Assembly: GCA_028345965.1 (NCBI GenBank)
Contig: JAOMEP010000001.1
Location: 1,872-65,871, forward strand
DNA from: Candidatus Nitrosopelagicus sp.
Lineage (GTDB): Archaea > Thermoproteota > Nitrososphaeria > Nitrososphaerales > Nitrosopumilaceae
Direction of reading: 5' to 3'
Length of the DNA: 64,000 nucleotides
Shown: positions 29,288-38,462 of the stretch, one piece after another
How positions within the stretch are numbered: the stretch's first letter is position 1
How the letters are laid out: each line of letters starts with the position of its first letter
Notes under the pieces: model-generated
Seen by the model: the letters and a program-made list of their open reading frames with translations, nothing else
Database searches by the model: none
Told to the model about the DNA's origin: nothing
Program-made: the position numbers and the translations under genes

Positions 29288-29890
29288 TTAGTTTTTGAGT
29301 TCTGGTTCTTGTTCGAACTTCTCAAGAATTGCAGTAAGTACAGTTGAAACTGGAACATTGTTCATCTTTTTCTTTTCTGCTAGGAGTTTTTGGTATGCAT
29401 CTAGTGTGATGTAAACCGGAATTGAACCATTTCCTTCTAAGAGACCTCTTACTTTGAAAAGTGCTGTTTCAAGTCCATTTTCAGCAGATTTTGCAAACTT
29501 TACTTTGTCTAAAATATTGCCTAGTGGACCTAGTGGCATTTCATAGTCAACAGTCATGCTAACATTTGTAAGATTATCAGAGAGTTCTTTGAATTCGGTT
29601 GTAATTTCCCATCTCTTGAATTTACCTTTAATTTGTTTTGCAGAGATTTTTTCACCTCTAACAAATTCGGTTGTTTCACAATCCCATTCTAGTCTTTTTC
29701 CGCTAAAGTCACCAATTACTCTGAATGTTGTTCCTACACCCATTCCTGCTTTAATATCCATAGGAATGACAGTCATGCCAACGCCTTTTTCAGACATTTG
29801 ATCAGAAACGTGTTCTGGTCTTGCAAAATAGGTAAACACAGTGTCTACTGGTGCTTTGATGTCGATTGATTTCTTAACTACAGTCAACAT
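29288..29890 (-). CDS. SRPBCC (polyketide cyclase/dehydrase-like) protein with short C-terminal extension
   Basis: SIDIKAPVDTVF start, START-fold pattern, DYEMPLGPLG. Confidence 0.8.
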   Translation of the reverse strand: MLTVVKKSIDIKAPVDTVFTYFARPEHVSDQMSEKGVGMTVIPMDIKAGMGVGTTFRVIGDFSGKRLEWDCETTEFVRGEKISAKQIKGKFKRWEITTEFKELSDNLTNVSMTVDYEMPLGPLGNILDKVKFAKSAENGLETALFKVRGLLEGNGSIPVYITLDAYQKLLAEKKKMNNVPVSTVLTAILEKFEQEPELKN

Positions 29891-29980
29891 TTGTGACTCT
29901 TTTCAGAGAGGATTTAAAGCTTTACACGATTTTCAACAAAGTTTTTGATTTACAATATATTGATCGGAGGACAATCAATT

Positions 29981-30508
29981 ATGATGAATGAAAGTTTAAG
30001 GATCCTTTTTATTTTACCATTATTTTTTGTGTCGATCACAGCAACAACTGATGCATATGGACATTCATTGTTTAATTCATCTGAACAAACATTAGGTGAT
30101 TATCGAGTTCAGATCGCAACTCAACCAGAATTTCCACAAATTGGTGAGAGATCACAAATTTTGATCAGGGTAACAGATCAAGATGGTCAAGAGGTTGATC
30201 GATTTATGATGGGAAACAGAATTTTTTACAATGATGAGCAAATAATCACATGGAGGCCAGAATCTTATGATAGCGGACATATGGAAAAAGATTTTTTCTT
30301 TGAAGAGTCAGGAAATCATATATTTCGTATAGACTTGTATGATGTTGCAGAAGACGGAGGAGTTTTGACATTTACATTCAACATAAGCACACAATCACCA
30401 TTTGGTTATGTTTTCATAGGAGCAATTGCTGCAGGTGGATTAATTTTTGGAGGAGTTGTAGGTATTGTTTATGTTCCTAGAATACTAAAAAAACGATCTA
30501 AACTTTAG
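29981..30508 (+). CDS. Secreted, membrane-anchored hypothetical protein next to the oxidase operon
   Basis: Signal peptide ending AYG-HS (mature N-terminal His), C-terminal TM helix; start uncertain. Confidence 0.7.
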   Translation: MMNESLRILFILPLFFVSITATTDAYGHSLFNSSEQTLGDYRVQIATQPEFPQIGERSQILIRVTDQDGQEVDRFMMGNRIFYNDEQIITWRPESYDSGHMEKDFFFEESGNHIFRIDLYDVAEDGGVLTFTFNISTQSPFGYVFIGAIAAGGLIFGGVVGIVYVPRILKKRSKL

Positions 30509-30941
30509 TTTCTATTACTTGCTTTCCAAGTCTAAATACAAATAATACAGTAAGTAGAGTCATTGCAAATAGCAGTATTCCAATACCTAGATGAACTGCA
30601 ACTAGTACTGCATGCAATTGAGTATCAATTACAAGAGCACCAAGTGTGATTTGAGTGACTACTAGAGCGCTTGCAAATCCGCTTGTAAACTTGACTTTTC
30701 TTCCTGCATCCTTATTTATCCAAACACCAATTGTGGTTGCTAAAATTAAGAGACCTGTTGTTGCTGCAACTGTTCTATGAATCCATTCAATGAAATATTC
30801 ATCATTTGGCATTACACCATTAGGACATAATGGCCATTCAGGACATGTCAGACCTAGTCCTGCTGCAGAAATGTACCCACCAACGAACATGAGTGAGTAT
30901 AAAATTACTAGAGATGTTAATGCGAGATATTTTAGAATCAA
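30498..30941 (-). CDS. ctaA: Heme A synthase, short (4-TM) COX15/CtaA type
   Basis: GLTCPEWPLC, EWIHR, QITLGAL, VAVHL. Confidence 0.88.
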   Translation of the reverse strand: MILKYLALTSLVILYSLMFVGGYISAAGLGLTCPEWPLCPNGVMPNDEYFIEWIHRTVAATTGLLILATTIGVWINKDAGRKVKFTSGFASALVVTQITLGALVIDTQLHAVLVAVHLGIGILLFAMTLLTVLFVFRLGKQVIETKV

Positions 30942-30942
30942 A

Positions 30943-31926
30943 TTACTCTACAATGAATAAACCTTGCATACCTTGTAATGCATGTCCTGGAACTGTACAG
31001 ATGTAGTAGTATGTACCAGGTGCACCTGCTAGGAATGTTACCGAGCCAGATTCACCAGGTTTTAGAGGGTTGGTTGCTGCTGCAATAGCAGAATCAAAAA
31101 TAATACTATTGAAATCATCAGGGTTTGAGACAACACCAAATGCGTGGAAAGATTTTCCTACATTATTTGTGGTAATTGTTACTTCATCACCAGAGTTTAC
31201 ACGGACTTCAGGATTGCTACCTTCTTCTCCAGGTAATGCGTCAAATGCTAGAGTTCTAAAGTCACTACTTTCTACAAAGTCAAATGTTATGTCATGAGAT
31301 ACACCAGTTGGTGGGGCTGCAGCTGCTGGGGCACCTGCACCAGTTACAATAATTTCACCAACCATTCCTTGCATTCTGTGACCTGGAACTGTACAGATGT
31401 AGTAGTATGTACCAGGTTCGGTTGGAATGAATTCTGAGACTCCACCTTCACCAGGTTTTAGAGGTTCGTTCATAGATGCAACTTCAGAACCGGGGTAGAG
31501 ATTTCCAAATCCTTCTTCATCTGAAGTAACACCAAATGCGTGGAAAGATTTACCATCATTTACTATATCAAAGATAATTTTATCACCAACGTTTGCGTTG
31601 ATAGTTGGGTTTGCACCTTCTTCTCCGGGCAGTGCATTAAACGCTAAAACTCGAAAGTCACTACTTTCAATAAATGCTAATGATGAATTGATTTCTACTC
31701 CAGTTAGAACTACTGAACCTGAGCCTTTATCAGAACCACCATGATCATCTCCAACATCTCCAGTTAAGAGACCTGCTGGTGGAGGCATGGAAATCCAATA
31801 ATCCCACATTCCAAAGAAAATTCCACCACCTGCGATACAGATTCCCAACATGATAACCATCATCTTGGTTGTACGTTCAGGTGTTGTTCTGTAAATTGGA
31901 TCGTGTTGTTGTTGTTCTTGTGTCAT
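30943..31926 (-). CDS. Membrane-anchored blue copper protein with two cupredoxin domains (complex IV associated)
   Basis: Two copies of SFHAFGV ... YYYICTVPGH..QGM type-1 Cu site. Confidence 0.9.
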   Translation of the reverse strand: MTQEQQQHDPIYRTTPERTTKMMVIMLGICIAGGGIFFGMWDYWISMPPPAGLLTGDVGDDHGGSDKGSGSVVLTGVEINSSLAFIESSDFRVLAFNALPGEEGANPTINANVGDKIIFDIVNDGKSFHAFGVTSDEEGFGNLYPGSEVASMNEPLKPGEGGVSEFIPTEPGTYYYICTVPGHRMQGMVGEIIVTGAGAPAAAAPPTGVSHDITFDFVESSDFRTLAFDALPGEEGSNPEVRVNSGDEVTITTNNVGKSFHAFGVVSNPDDFNSIIFDSAIAAATNPLKPGESGSVTFLAGAPGTYYYICTVPGHALQGMQGLFIVE

Positions 31927-31935
31927 TTTGTTATC

Positions 31936-33462
31936 CTAATGTGATGGGTTCTTTGCCTGATATGGGAAGTAATATTTTCCGCCTAAGCCAAATGGATCAT
32001 CCATATCTGCTGGTTTTCCTTTTGCAGAACTCCAAATTAAGTTCACAAGGAAGATTGCCATACCGATACCGATGATGAATGCGCCAATTGAAATTATTAT
32101 GTTCATTTGGACCCATTCCGGAATTGGGGGATAATCATAAATTCTTCTTGGCATTCCAAAGAGTCCCAAGATATGTTGTGTGAAGAAGACAAGAACGGTT
32201 CCTACGAAAGATAAGATAAAGTGGACTTTGCCCAAAACCTCACTGTACATTCTTCCAGTTACGTATGGGAAGAAGTAGTAAACGAATCCTACTGTACCAA
32301 AGAGGATTGTACCCATCACAAATAGGTGGAAGTGTCCAACTACCCAGTAAGAGTCGTGAGTGATAAAGTCTAATGGCATTGCACTGTTTACTACACCACC
32401 TGCTCCAGCCGAGAAGAAGAGTGCAATTCCGCCTACAGCCCACATAATTGGGGTTGCAAACTTGATTCTTCCACCCCACATGGTGGCTAAGAAGTTGAAT
32501 GTGTGCATTGCAGATGCTGGAACTGCTGCTAGAGTTCCAACCATGAATACAGTCTTTTCTGTAAATGACATTCCGGTTGCATACATGTGATGAGCCCATG
32601 ATGCAAATCCTACAATTGTTAGTAAAGTAAATGCGGCTACTCCAGAGCTATGACTGAAAATTGGTTTTCTTGAGAAACGCGGGAATATTTCATACATGAA
32701 ACCAATCGCAGGAATTACCAAAATGTATACTTCCGGATGGAATGTAAACCAAAACAAATGTTGGTAAGCAATTGGATCTCCACCCATTGCAGGATTGAAA
32801 AATCCTGATGCACCTAGTCTATCTGTAAGTAACATCAACAACGCCGCTGCAAATGTTGGAACTGCAACTAGAGTGATTAATGAAGATGTAAGATATGCCC
32901 AAGCTAATAGCGGCATTTTACTTAATGGTAAATCAGGATGTTTACATTTCATTATTGTAACTACGAAATTAATTGAACCAAGTATTGAAGACACACCTAA
33001 AATTTTCAGTCCAAATATCCACATGTCTGCAGCAGGACCCGGTGCACTAACTACAGAATATGTTGGGTATGCATACCAAGTGAAGTCTGCAAATCCTAAC
33101 CAGATGAGTGCACCTGCTGGCGGAATCATCCAAAATGCAACTGCATTTAATTTTGGATATGCCATGTCTTTGAATCTGACCATAATTGGAACAAGATAAT
33201 TTCCAAATGCAGATGCAGATGGTAAGATGAATAAGAAAATCAAAGTAGTTCCATGAACTGTAAAGATTCTATTGTACGTCATAGAGTCAGCGATTATTTG
33301 AACACCTGGACTGAATAATTCAACTCTAAGTAACAAAGCAAGTGCTCCACCCATGAACATGAATGCTAGAGATGTAATTAGGTAAAGAAGACCAACATCA
33401 GTATGATGCGTTGAAAACATAATTTGCCATATTGGTCTTGGTTTTTGTAATTCTAATACCAT
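31936..33462 (-). CDS. coxA: Heme-copper oxidase subunit I
   Basis: VHGT, WFTFHPEVYI, WAHHM, VVGHFH, GMPRR. Confidence 0.96.
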   Translation of the reverse strand: MVLELQKPRPIWQIMFSTHHTDVGLLYLITSLAFMFMGGALALLLRVELFSPGVQIIADSMTYNRIFTVHGTTLIFLFILPSASAFGNYLVPIMVRFKDMAYPKLNAVAFWMIPPAGALIWLGFADFTWYAYPTYSVVSAPGPAADMWIFGLKILGVSSILGSINFVVTIMKCKHPDLPLSKMPLLAWAYLTSSLITLVAVPTFAAALLMLLTDRLGASGFFNPAMGGDPIAYQHLFWFTFHPEVYILVIPAIGFMYEIFPRFSRKPIFSHSSGVAAFTLLTIVGFASWAHHMYATGMSFTEKTVFMVGTLAAVPASAMHTFNFLATMWGGRIKFATPIMWAVGGIALFFSAGAGGVVNSAMPLDFITHDSYWVVGHFHLFVMGTILFGTVGFVYYFFPYVTGRMYSEVLGKVHFILSFVGTVLVFFTQHILGLFGMPRRIYDYPPIPEWVQMNIIISIGAFIIGIGMAIFLVNLIWSSAKGKPADMDDPFGLGGKYYFPYQAKNPSH

Positions 33463-33468
33463 ATCAAA

Positions 33469-33900
33469 TCAGGCTCCTTTATCCTCTACAATAAGTGTTC
33501 CACGCATGTTGTAATGAATTAATCCACAATATTCTCTACATTGAATATCAAATTCTCCAACATCTGTTGGTGAAAACCAAACCGTGTTAACTCTTCCAGG
33601 TACTGCGTCCAACAAAACAACATAATCATGAATGTTAAATGAATGTATAACATCTTTCGACGTTATCTCAAACTTGTACGCTTTTCCTTTTTCGACATGT
33701 AATTCTCCTATTTCTTTAGTTCCATCTTCATGTTCAAAAGTCCATATCCATTGTTGACCAGTAACTTTGATAATTTCTGCATCTTCTGGAACATGCTCAA
33801 TAATTCTTTCAATATTCCAAGCTTCTGCACCTACATAACAAAGTAATGCAATTACAACGCCAACGTAAACCCATTCTGGCCAAGTAGAGTGTCCGCTCAT
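33469..33900 (-). CDS. coxB: Heme-copper oxidase subunit II (CuA domain)
   Basis: GQQWIW, DVIHSF, CREYCGLIHYNM CuA motif. Confidence 0.94.
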   Translation of the reverse strand: MSGHSTWPEWVYVGVVIALLCYVGAEAWNIERIIEHVPEDAEIIKVTGQQWIWTFEHEDGTKEIGELHVEKGKAYKFEITSKDVIHSFNIHDYVVLLDAVPGRVNTVWFSPTDVGEFDIQCREYCGLIHYNMRGTLIVEDKGA

Positions 33901-33901
33901 T

Positions 33902-34165
33902 TTACCACGAACCAGATGCCTCGTAAGATGTTGGTGTTGCTTTTGGATTTGACTCTCTAAATCTCAAAACTAGCCATACTATAAGACCAGAAACTACAGT
34001 TCCTACTGTAAATGCGACAATCATTAATCTATAAAATAATCCCCAAATAACTACACGTCTATCAAGATATTCACCAGCAGAATCACCGGCTGCTAAAACA
34101 TACTGAATGGAAGGAAGAATTACTAAAAGCCCTAACATTGCACCTATACCAATTATTCCTTTCAA
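33902..34165 (-). CDS. Small membrane protein, probable split N-terminal TM part of oxidase subunit II
   Basis: Two hydrophobic segments ending VLRFRE, 1 nt upstream of the short coxB. Confidence 0.7.
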   Translation of the reverse strand: MKGIIGIGAMLGLLVILPSIQYVLAAGDSAGEYLDRRVVIWGLFYRLMIVAFTVGTVVSGLIVWLVLRFRESNPKATPTSYEASGSW

Positions 34166-34224
34166 TTTTACCTGTTAATTACGCGTGGTCGAAAATTTCT
34201 ATTTAAAAGTTTGGAGGATTTATC

Positions 34225-34842
34225 TTAAAAAGTCTCATGAAAACGTGAAGAGTTCATAGAGTTGATCGAAGAGAGGTAAAAGTTTTGATCGTCATATTTG
34301 AAAACATTGAGAGAAGCATTTGCGACAATTAATTGAAAAAGAATCTCAGGTTTTAAAGAGAGAACTTTTCCGATCATTGCCTTAATTGGATCCATATGAG
34401 TAACTAGAACAACGTTTTCTCCTTTGTGATTATTTTTGACAAAGTCCACAATATCAAAAACTCTTTTTTGGACTTCTGAAAATGATTCAACACCATTATG
34501 ACTAATTTCTAAACTTCCTTCATAGAATTTCAAGAATACATTACCGTGTTTTTTGAAGATTTCATCATATGGGACCATCGTAAACTTTCCCATATCTAAT
34601 TCAATTAGTCGATCATCTGAGATTGGTTTTACGTCACAATGTTTTCCAACAATTTCTGCAGTTTGCATTGCTCTATCAATTGGACTAGAGTAAATTGCAG
34701 AGATGTTAAGAGATTTAATCATCTCACCAGCCTGTTCAGCCTGTTTTTTTCCTTCTTCAGTAAGATTAATTCCAGGAGTTCTACCTGCTAAAATTTTTTT
34801 AGTATTATTTTCAGCTTGCCCATGTCTAAGGAAGATTATCAT
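34225..34842 (-). CDS. Histidine phosphatase (phosphoglycerate mutase) family protein
   Basis: LRHGQ, YSSPIDRAMQTA, LVTH. Confidence 0.9.
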   Translation of the reverse strand: MIIFLRHGQAENNTKKILAGRTPGINLTEEGKKQAEQAGEMIKSLNISAIYSSPIDRAMQTAEIVGKHCDVKPISDDRLIELDMGKFTMVPYDEIFKKHGNVFLKFYEGSLEISHNGVESFSEVQKRVFDIVDFVKNNHKGENVVLVTHMDPIKAMIGKVLSLKPEILFQLIVANASLNVFKYDDQNFYLSSINSMNSSRFHETF

Positions 34843-34899
34843 GTTGTATTACGAATTTGTCTTCAATAGAGATAATAATAAGATTGGCAGAGCGCATTC

Positions 34900-35571
34900 A
34901 TGAAAGTTGGAATTATTGGTGGAACTGGCGGAATGGGAAAAGGTTTTGCAATCAGATGGTGCAAAGATCATAATGTTTTGATCGGCTCAAGAGATGCTGA
35001 ACGTGCAAATACATCAGCTCAAGAATATACACAATTAACTAAAGAAGCATATGAAAAAATCAATGGAGATATTACAGGTACAGATAATACAACAGTTGCT
35101 AAAGAATCAGATGTTCTAGTCTTATCAATTCCATATGAGAATATTGATTCAATTTGTTCAGAATTATTGCCTCACATTAGTGATGACTGCGTTGTTGTAT
35201 CACCAATTGTTCCTATGACAAAAACAGATACAGGTTTTGAGTGTGTTGCAATAAAAGAAAATAAACCATTTTCACATCAAACGGTTGAAAAACATATGAA
35301 AGATAAATCAAAACTTGTTTCAGCATTTCATGTAATTTCTGAGAAAAAACTTGTTAATCCAACTTTGAAATTGGATTATGACATATTTGTTGCAGGAGAT
35401 AGTAAAGAATCAGTGGAAGTAGTAAATGGATTAATTAATGAAATAGAAGGTTTGAGACCAATTTATTTGGGACCAGGTGCATTAGCTTATCTTGTTGAGA
35501 TGTCAACTCCATTGTTACTTAATGCAATGATAAGAAACAAGATGAAGAATCCTGGAATTAAAATAATTTAA
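34900..35571 (+). CDS. npdG: F420-dependent NADP oxidoreductase
   Basis: IIGGTGGMGKG, IGSR, VSAFH. Confidence 0.88.
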   Translation: MKVGIIGGTGGMGKGFAIRWCKDHNVLIGSRDAERANTSAQEYTQLTKEAYEKINGDITGTDNTTVAKESDVLVLSIPYENIDSICSELLPHISDDCVVVSPIVPMTKTDTGFECVAIKENKPFSHQTVEKHMKDKSKLVSAFHVISEKKLVNPTLKLDYDIFVAGDSKESVEVVNGLINEIEGLRPIYLGPGALAYLVEMSTPLLLNAMIRNKMKNPGIKII

Positions 35572-35595
35572 AAGAATTAAGAACAATGTTTTATC

Positions 35596-35832
35596 ATGAG
35601 TAGTGAATATTCACGTAGAGGAAGAAACTGGTTCTCTGCAATGGGAGTATTATTCATCATAATGGCATCAATTGTTTTAGTTAGAAACATGATTTTGTGG
35701 AGTCCAGAATTTGCACTCGATTTTTTATTGGGACCAGACATCAGTAATGAGAAAATTTCAGTTGGAATGATTGCTTTTGGATTAATTTTAATTGGTTGGG
35801 GGTACAGAAAACCAAATGTCAAAGCAAACTGA
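35596..35832 (+). CDS. Small membrane protein (2 TM)
   Basis: Two hydrophobic helices; fits between npdG and the PPOX gene. Confidence 0.7.
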   Translation: MSSEYSRRGRNWFSAMGVLFIIMASIVLVRNMILWSPEFALDFLLGPDISNEKISVGMIAFGLILIGWGYRKPNVKAN

Positions 35833-36217
35833 ATTTTTAAAAAAAGAAAAAATTCTTCATTTGGCAACCATCGATGAGAAAAATTCTCCACATATTGTTC
35901 CTGTTTGGTATTTGTATAGTGCAAAGAAAATCTATATTGGTACAAATACTAAAACTCAAAAAGCAAAAAACATAAAAATTCATAAAAAAGTTAGTTTTTG
36001 CGTTGATGTTGGAGTTAATGCACCAAATATTTTTGGAGTAATGGGTAAAGGAACTGCAAAATTATTAAAAGAAAAAATAATTGTTAATAAGATTGCAAAA
36101 AAAATTCTTTTGCGATATTTTAAATCGCTAGATAGTAAATCTGCCAAAGAATTACTAGAAGATACAGATTGTATAATTGAGATTTTACCTAAAGAATTTT
36201 CTAATTGGAAATATTAA
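35816..36217 (+). CDS. Pyridoxamine 5'-phosphate oxidase-like (probable F420-dependent) protein
   Basis: LATID...PHIVPVWY, KAKNI...VSFCVD; ATG at 35816. Confidence 0.85.
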   Translation: MSKQTEFLKKEKILHLATIDEKNSPHIVPVWYLYSAKKIYIGTNTKTQKAKNIKIHKKVSFCVDVGVNAPNIFGVMGKGTAKLLKEKIIVNKIAKKILLRYFKSLDSKSAKELLEDTDCIIEILPKEFSNWKY

Positions 36218-37386
36218 CGAACAAAATCCTCAATTTTGTTCATAGCTGATTCCAGTATTTCCATTTTTGGGAGATATACAATTCTAAAATGACCACTGCC
36301 ATATTGTTCTCCAAAACCAGAACCATGTACTGTGAGTACACCTTTTTGTCTTAATAATTCTAGAACAAATTCTTTATCAGATTTGAATTTGTTTTGCTCA
36401 ATTTTTGGAAATGCATAAAATGCACCTTTTGGGTTTGAACATGAAATACCATTCATTTCATTTAGTCGTTTAATTACATAATCTCTATGTATTTTTAATT
36501 CAGAAACAAATTTTGGGATATAATCCTGAGGACCATTTAAGGATTCTAGAGCAGCGTATTGTACTGGAAGATTTGTTGAAATTCTTACTCTAGCAAGTTT
36601 TGGTAAATTTTCTCTAAGATCATCTAGTTGTGGTGAATTGTTAAATGCAATATATCCAATTCTCCATCCAGACATTAAATGAACTTTAGAAAAACCATTG
36701 AGAACAATGACAGGAGAATCACTTGCAACTTTTCCAATACCAGTAAATTTTTCATCAAAAACTATTTGATCATAAATTTCATCACAAATAATGTATAGAT
36801 TATGTTCATTTGCTACATCAACAATTTGTCTTAATGCATTCTCGTTGAATACCAAACCAGTCGGATTGTTTGGACTAATTAGACAAATTGCAACGGTTTT
36901 CGAAGTAATCTTACTTTTGATATCGTCAATATCAGGAGATGATGAATTCAAGTCAACTGAGAATTCAATTGGAGTTCCCCCGTGTAATCTAACATACGAA
37001 GCATATGGAGGATAATATGGACCAGGGAGTAATACTTCATCACCTTCTTCAACTATAGAAGAAATGACCATATCCAAACCCTCAGAAACGCCATTTGTTA
37101 CAAGAATATTTTCAGATGGTATGGACAAACCTTTTACGTTTTCTTTTTTTGCAATTGCTTCAGTTAATTCAGTCAAACCTTCAGAACGAGTATAGAAATT
37201 ATTTCCGTTATTAATTGCGTCAATCATAGCTTGTTTGACATTTTGTGGTGGTTGAAATCCAGATTGCACAGGATCACCTATGTTCAGATAATCAACTGTT
37301 TTACCCTGTAACTCTATTTCACGCGCTGCTGAAACAATATCTCTGATTGCATATTCCACTCCTGCGACTTTTTTTGATATTTTCAT
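36214..37386 (-). CDS. Class I/II PLP aminotransferase (AlaA-like)
   Basis: YAIRD, LNIGDP, SPNNPTG, DEIYD, GFSKVHLMSGWRIG. Confidence 0.92.
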   Translation of the reverse strand: MKISKKVAGVEYAIRDIVSAAREIELQGKTVDYLNIGDPVQSGFQPPQNVKQAMIDAINNGNNFYTRSEGLTELTEAIAKKENVKGLSIPSENILVTNGVSEGLDMVISSIVEEGDEVLLPGPYYPPYASYVRLHGGTPIEFSVDLNSSSPDIDDIKSKITSKTVAICLISPNNPTGLVFNENALRQIVDVANEHNLYIICDEIYDQIVFDEKFTGIGKVASDSPVIVLNGFSKVHLMSGWRIGYIAFNNSPQLDDLRENLPKLARVRISTNLPVQYAALESLNGPQDYIPKFVSELKIHRDYVIKRLNEMNGISCSNPKGAFYAFPKIEQNKFKSDKEFVLELLRQKGVLTVHGSGFGEQYGSGHFRIVYLPKMEILESAMNKIEDFVR

Positions 37387-37428
37387 AACTGAGACAGATA
37401 TTTAGACCAGTTAAATGCTTATTTTTTT

Positions 37429-37503
37429 GGACCCGTAGCTCAGCCTGGATAGAGCGGGTGGCTTCGGACCACCAGGCCGTGGGTTCGAATCCCATCGGGC
37501 CCT
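37429..37503 (+). tRNA. tRNA-Arg(TCG)
   Basis: GGACCCGTAGCTCAGCCTGGATAGAGCGGGTGGCTTCGGACCACCAGGCCGTGGGTTCGAATCCCATCGGGCCC; upstream TTAAAT box, downstream T-tract. Confidence 0.93.
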
Positions 37504-37548
37504 TTTTTTAATAATCAAGTATATTAGAGATAATTTTCAAATCATAAC

Positions 37549-37788
37549 ATGAGTCCTGGTATCGGTTTAATGGATAGACGATTGAAAACAGAAAAAGATG
37601 CAATATCACTTGCAATGTCTGGCATTTTGAAAGAATACAAGATAGAATCTAAAAAAATTGAAACGTTAGAAACAAAGTATGATGATGACGCAGGTGACTG
37701 GTATGTTGCGTTAGGTTGGGAAGAAAAACGAGCGATAGTTAAGATGGATTCAGTGTTGGCAAAGATAACAGAGATTAAAGAAATTTAA
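37549..37788 (+). CDS. Hypothetical protein (PepSY-like small domain possible)
   Basis: 79-aa ORF; WYVALG...VKMDS...ITEIKEI pattern. Confidence 0.7.
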   Translation: MSPGIGLMDRRLKTEKDAISLAMSGILKEYKIESKKIETLETKYDDDAGDWYVALGWEEKRAIVKMDSVLAKITEIKEI

Positions 37789-38426
37789 CTTGATTTTTTG
37801 AATTCAACATTTGGAGCATCATTTTGGTTTGGAATTACTAGCAATCCACCTTCATGAAGTTGTTTTAATAATTGCATTACTTCTTTTTCGACTTGTGTTC
37901 TTTGTAATCCAGTTTGTTGAGCAAATAGATCTACCAATTCTGTAACTTTTCTTTGTCCATTACATGATTTCCAAAAATCTATGATTGCCTGATTTACCAT
38001 AAATCCTTGTTCATGCTCATTCGCAAGAACTAGAGAACCATCTTCTTGTTTGACTAAGTTACCAACACCTTGTGGTACAGCAGTTTCATAATTAATAGGA
38101 GCAGGAGTATTTTGAGAGCCCATTGTTTTCATCATGGCTTTTGCTTCATCTGACATTTTGTCCATTGTCCAAGGAGGATCCCAAACAATTTCTACATCAA
38201 CGTTGTTTACACCAGAAACTTTTTTTGCATATCTTTTAACATCGTCAACCATTGTTTCATGTAATGGACAACCTTTAGTTGTCATAGTCATTTTGATATT
38301 TACATCATTATTTGCGGTTACATCAATTCCATAGATTAAGCCCATATCTACAATACTTAATGGAACTTCAGGATCCATACACTTTTTCAGTGAATCACGA
38401 ACATGTTCTACATTAACAACACTCAT
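37785..38426 (-). CDS. DUF59/SufT (MIP18) Fe-S maturation domain fused to a PqqD-like domain
   Basis: DPEVPLSIVDMGLIY, TTKGCPL, VWDPPWT; C-terminal VNQAIIDFWKSCNGQRKVTEL...EVMQLLKQLHEGGLL. Confidence 0.85.
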   Translation of the reverse strand: MSVVNVEHVRDSLKKCMDPEVPLSIVDMGLIYGIDVTANNDVNIKMTMTTKGCPLHETMVDDVKRYAKKVSGVNNVDVEIVWDPPWTMDKMSDEAKAMMKTMGSQNTPAPINYETAVPQGVGNLVKQEDGSLVLANEHEQGFMVNQAIIDFWKSCNGQRKVTELVDLFAQQTGLQRTQVEKEVMQLLKQLHEGGLLVIPNQNDAPNVEFKKSS

Positions 38427-38462
38427 GAGAAAAAGTAACATGAAATGAATAAAAACTTGATG

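Noticed and set aside
32240-33199. Alternative-frame ORFs within coxA
   Set aside because: By-products of codon bias in a highly conserved gene.
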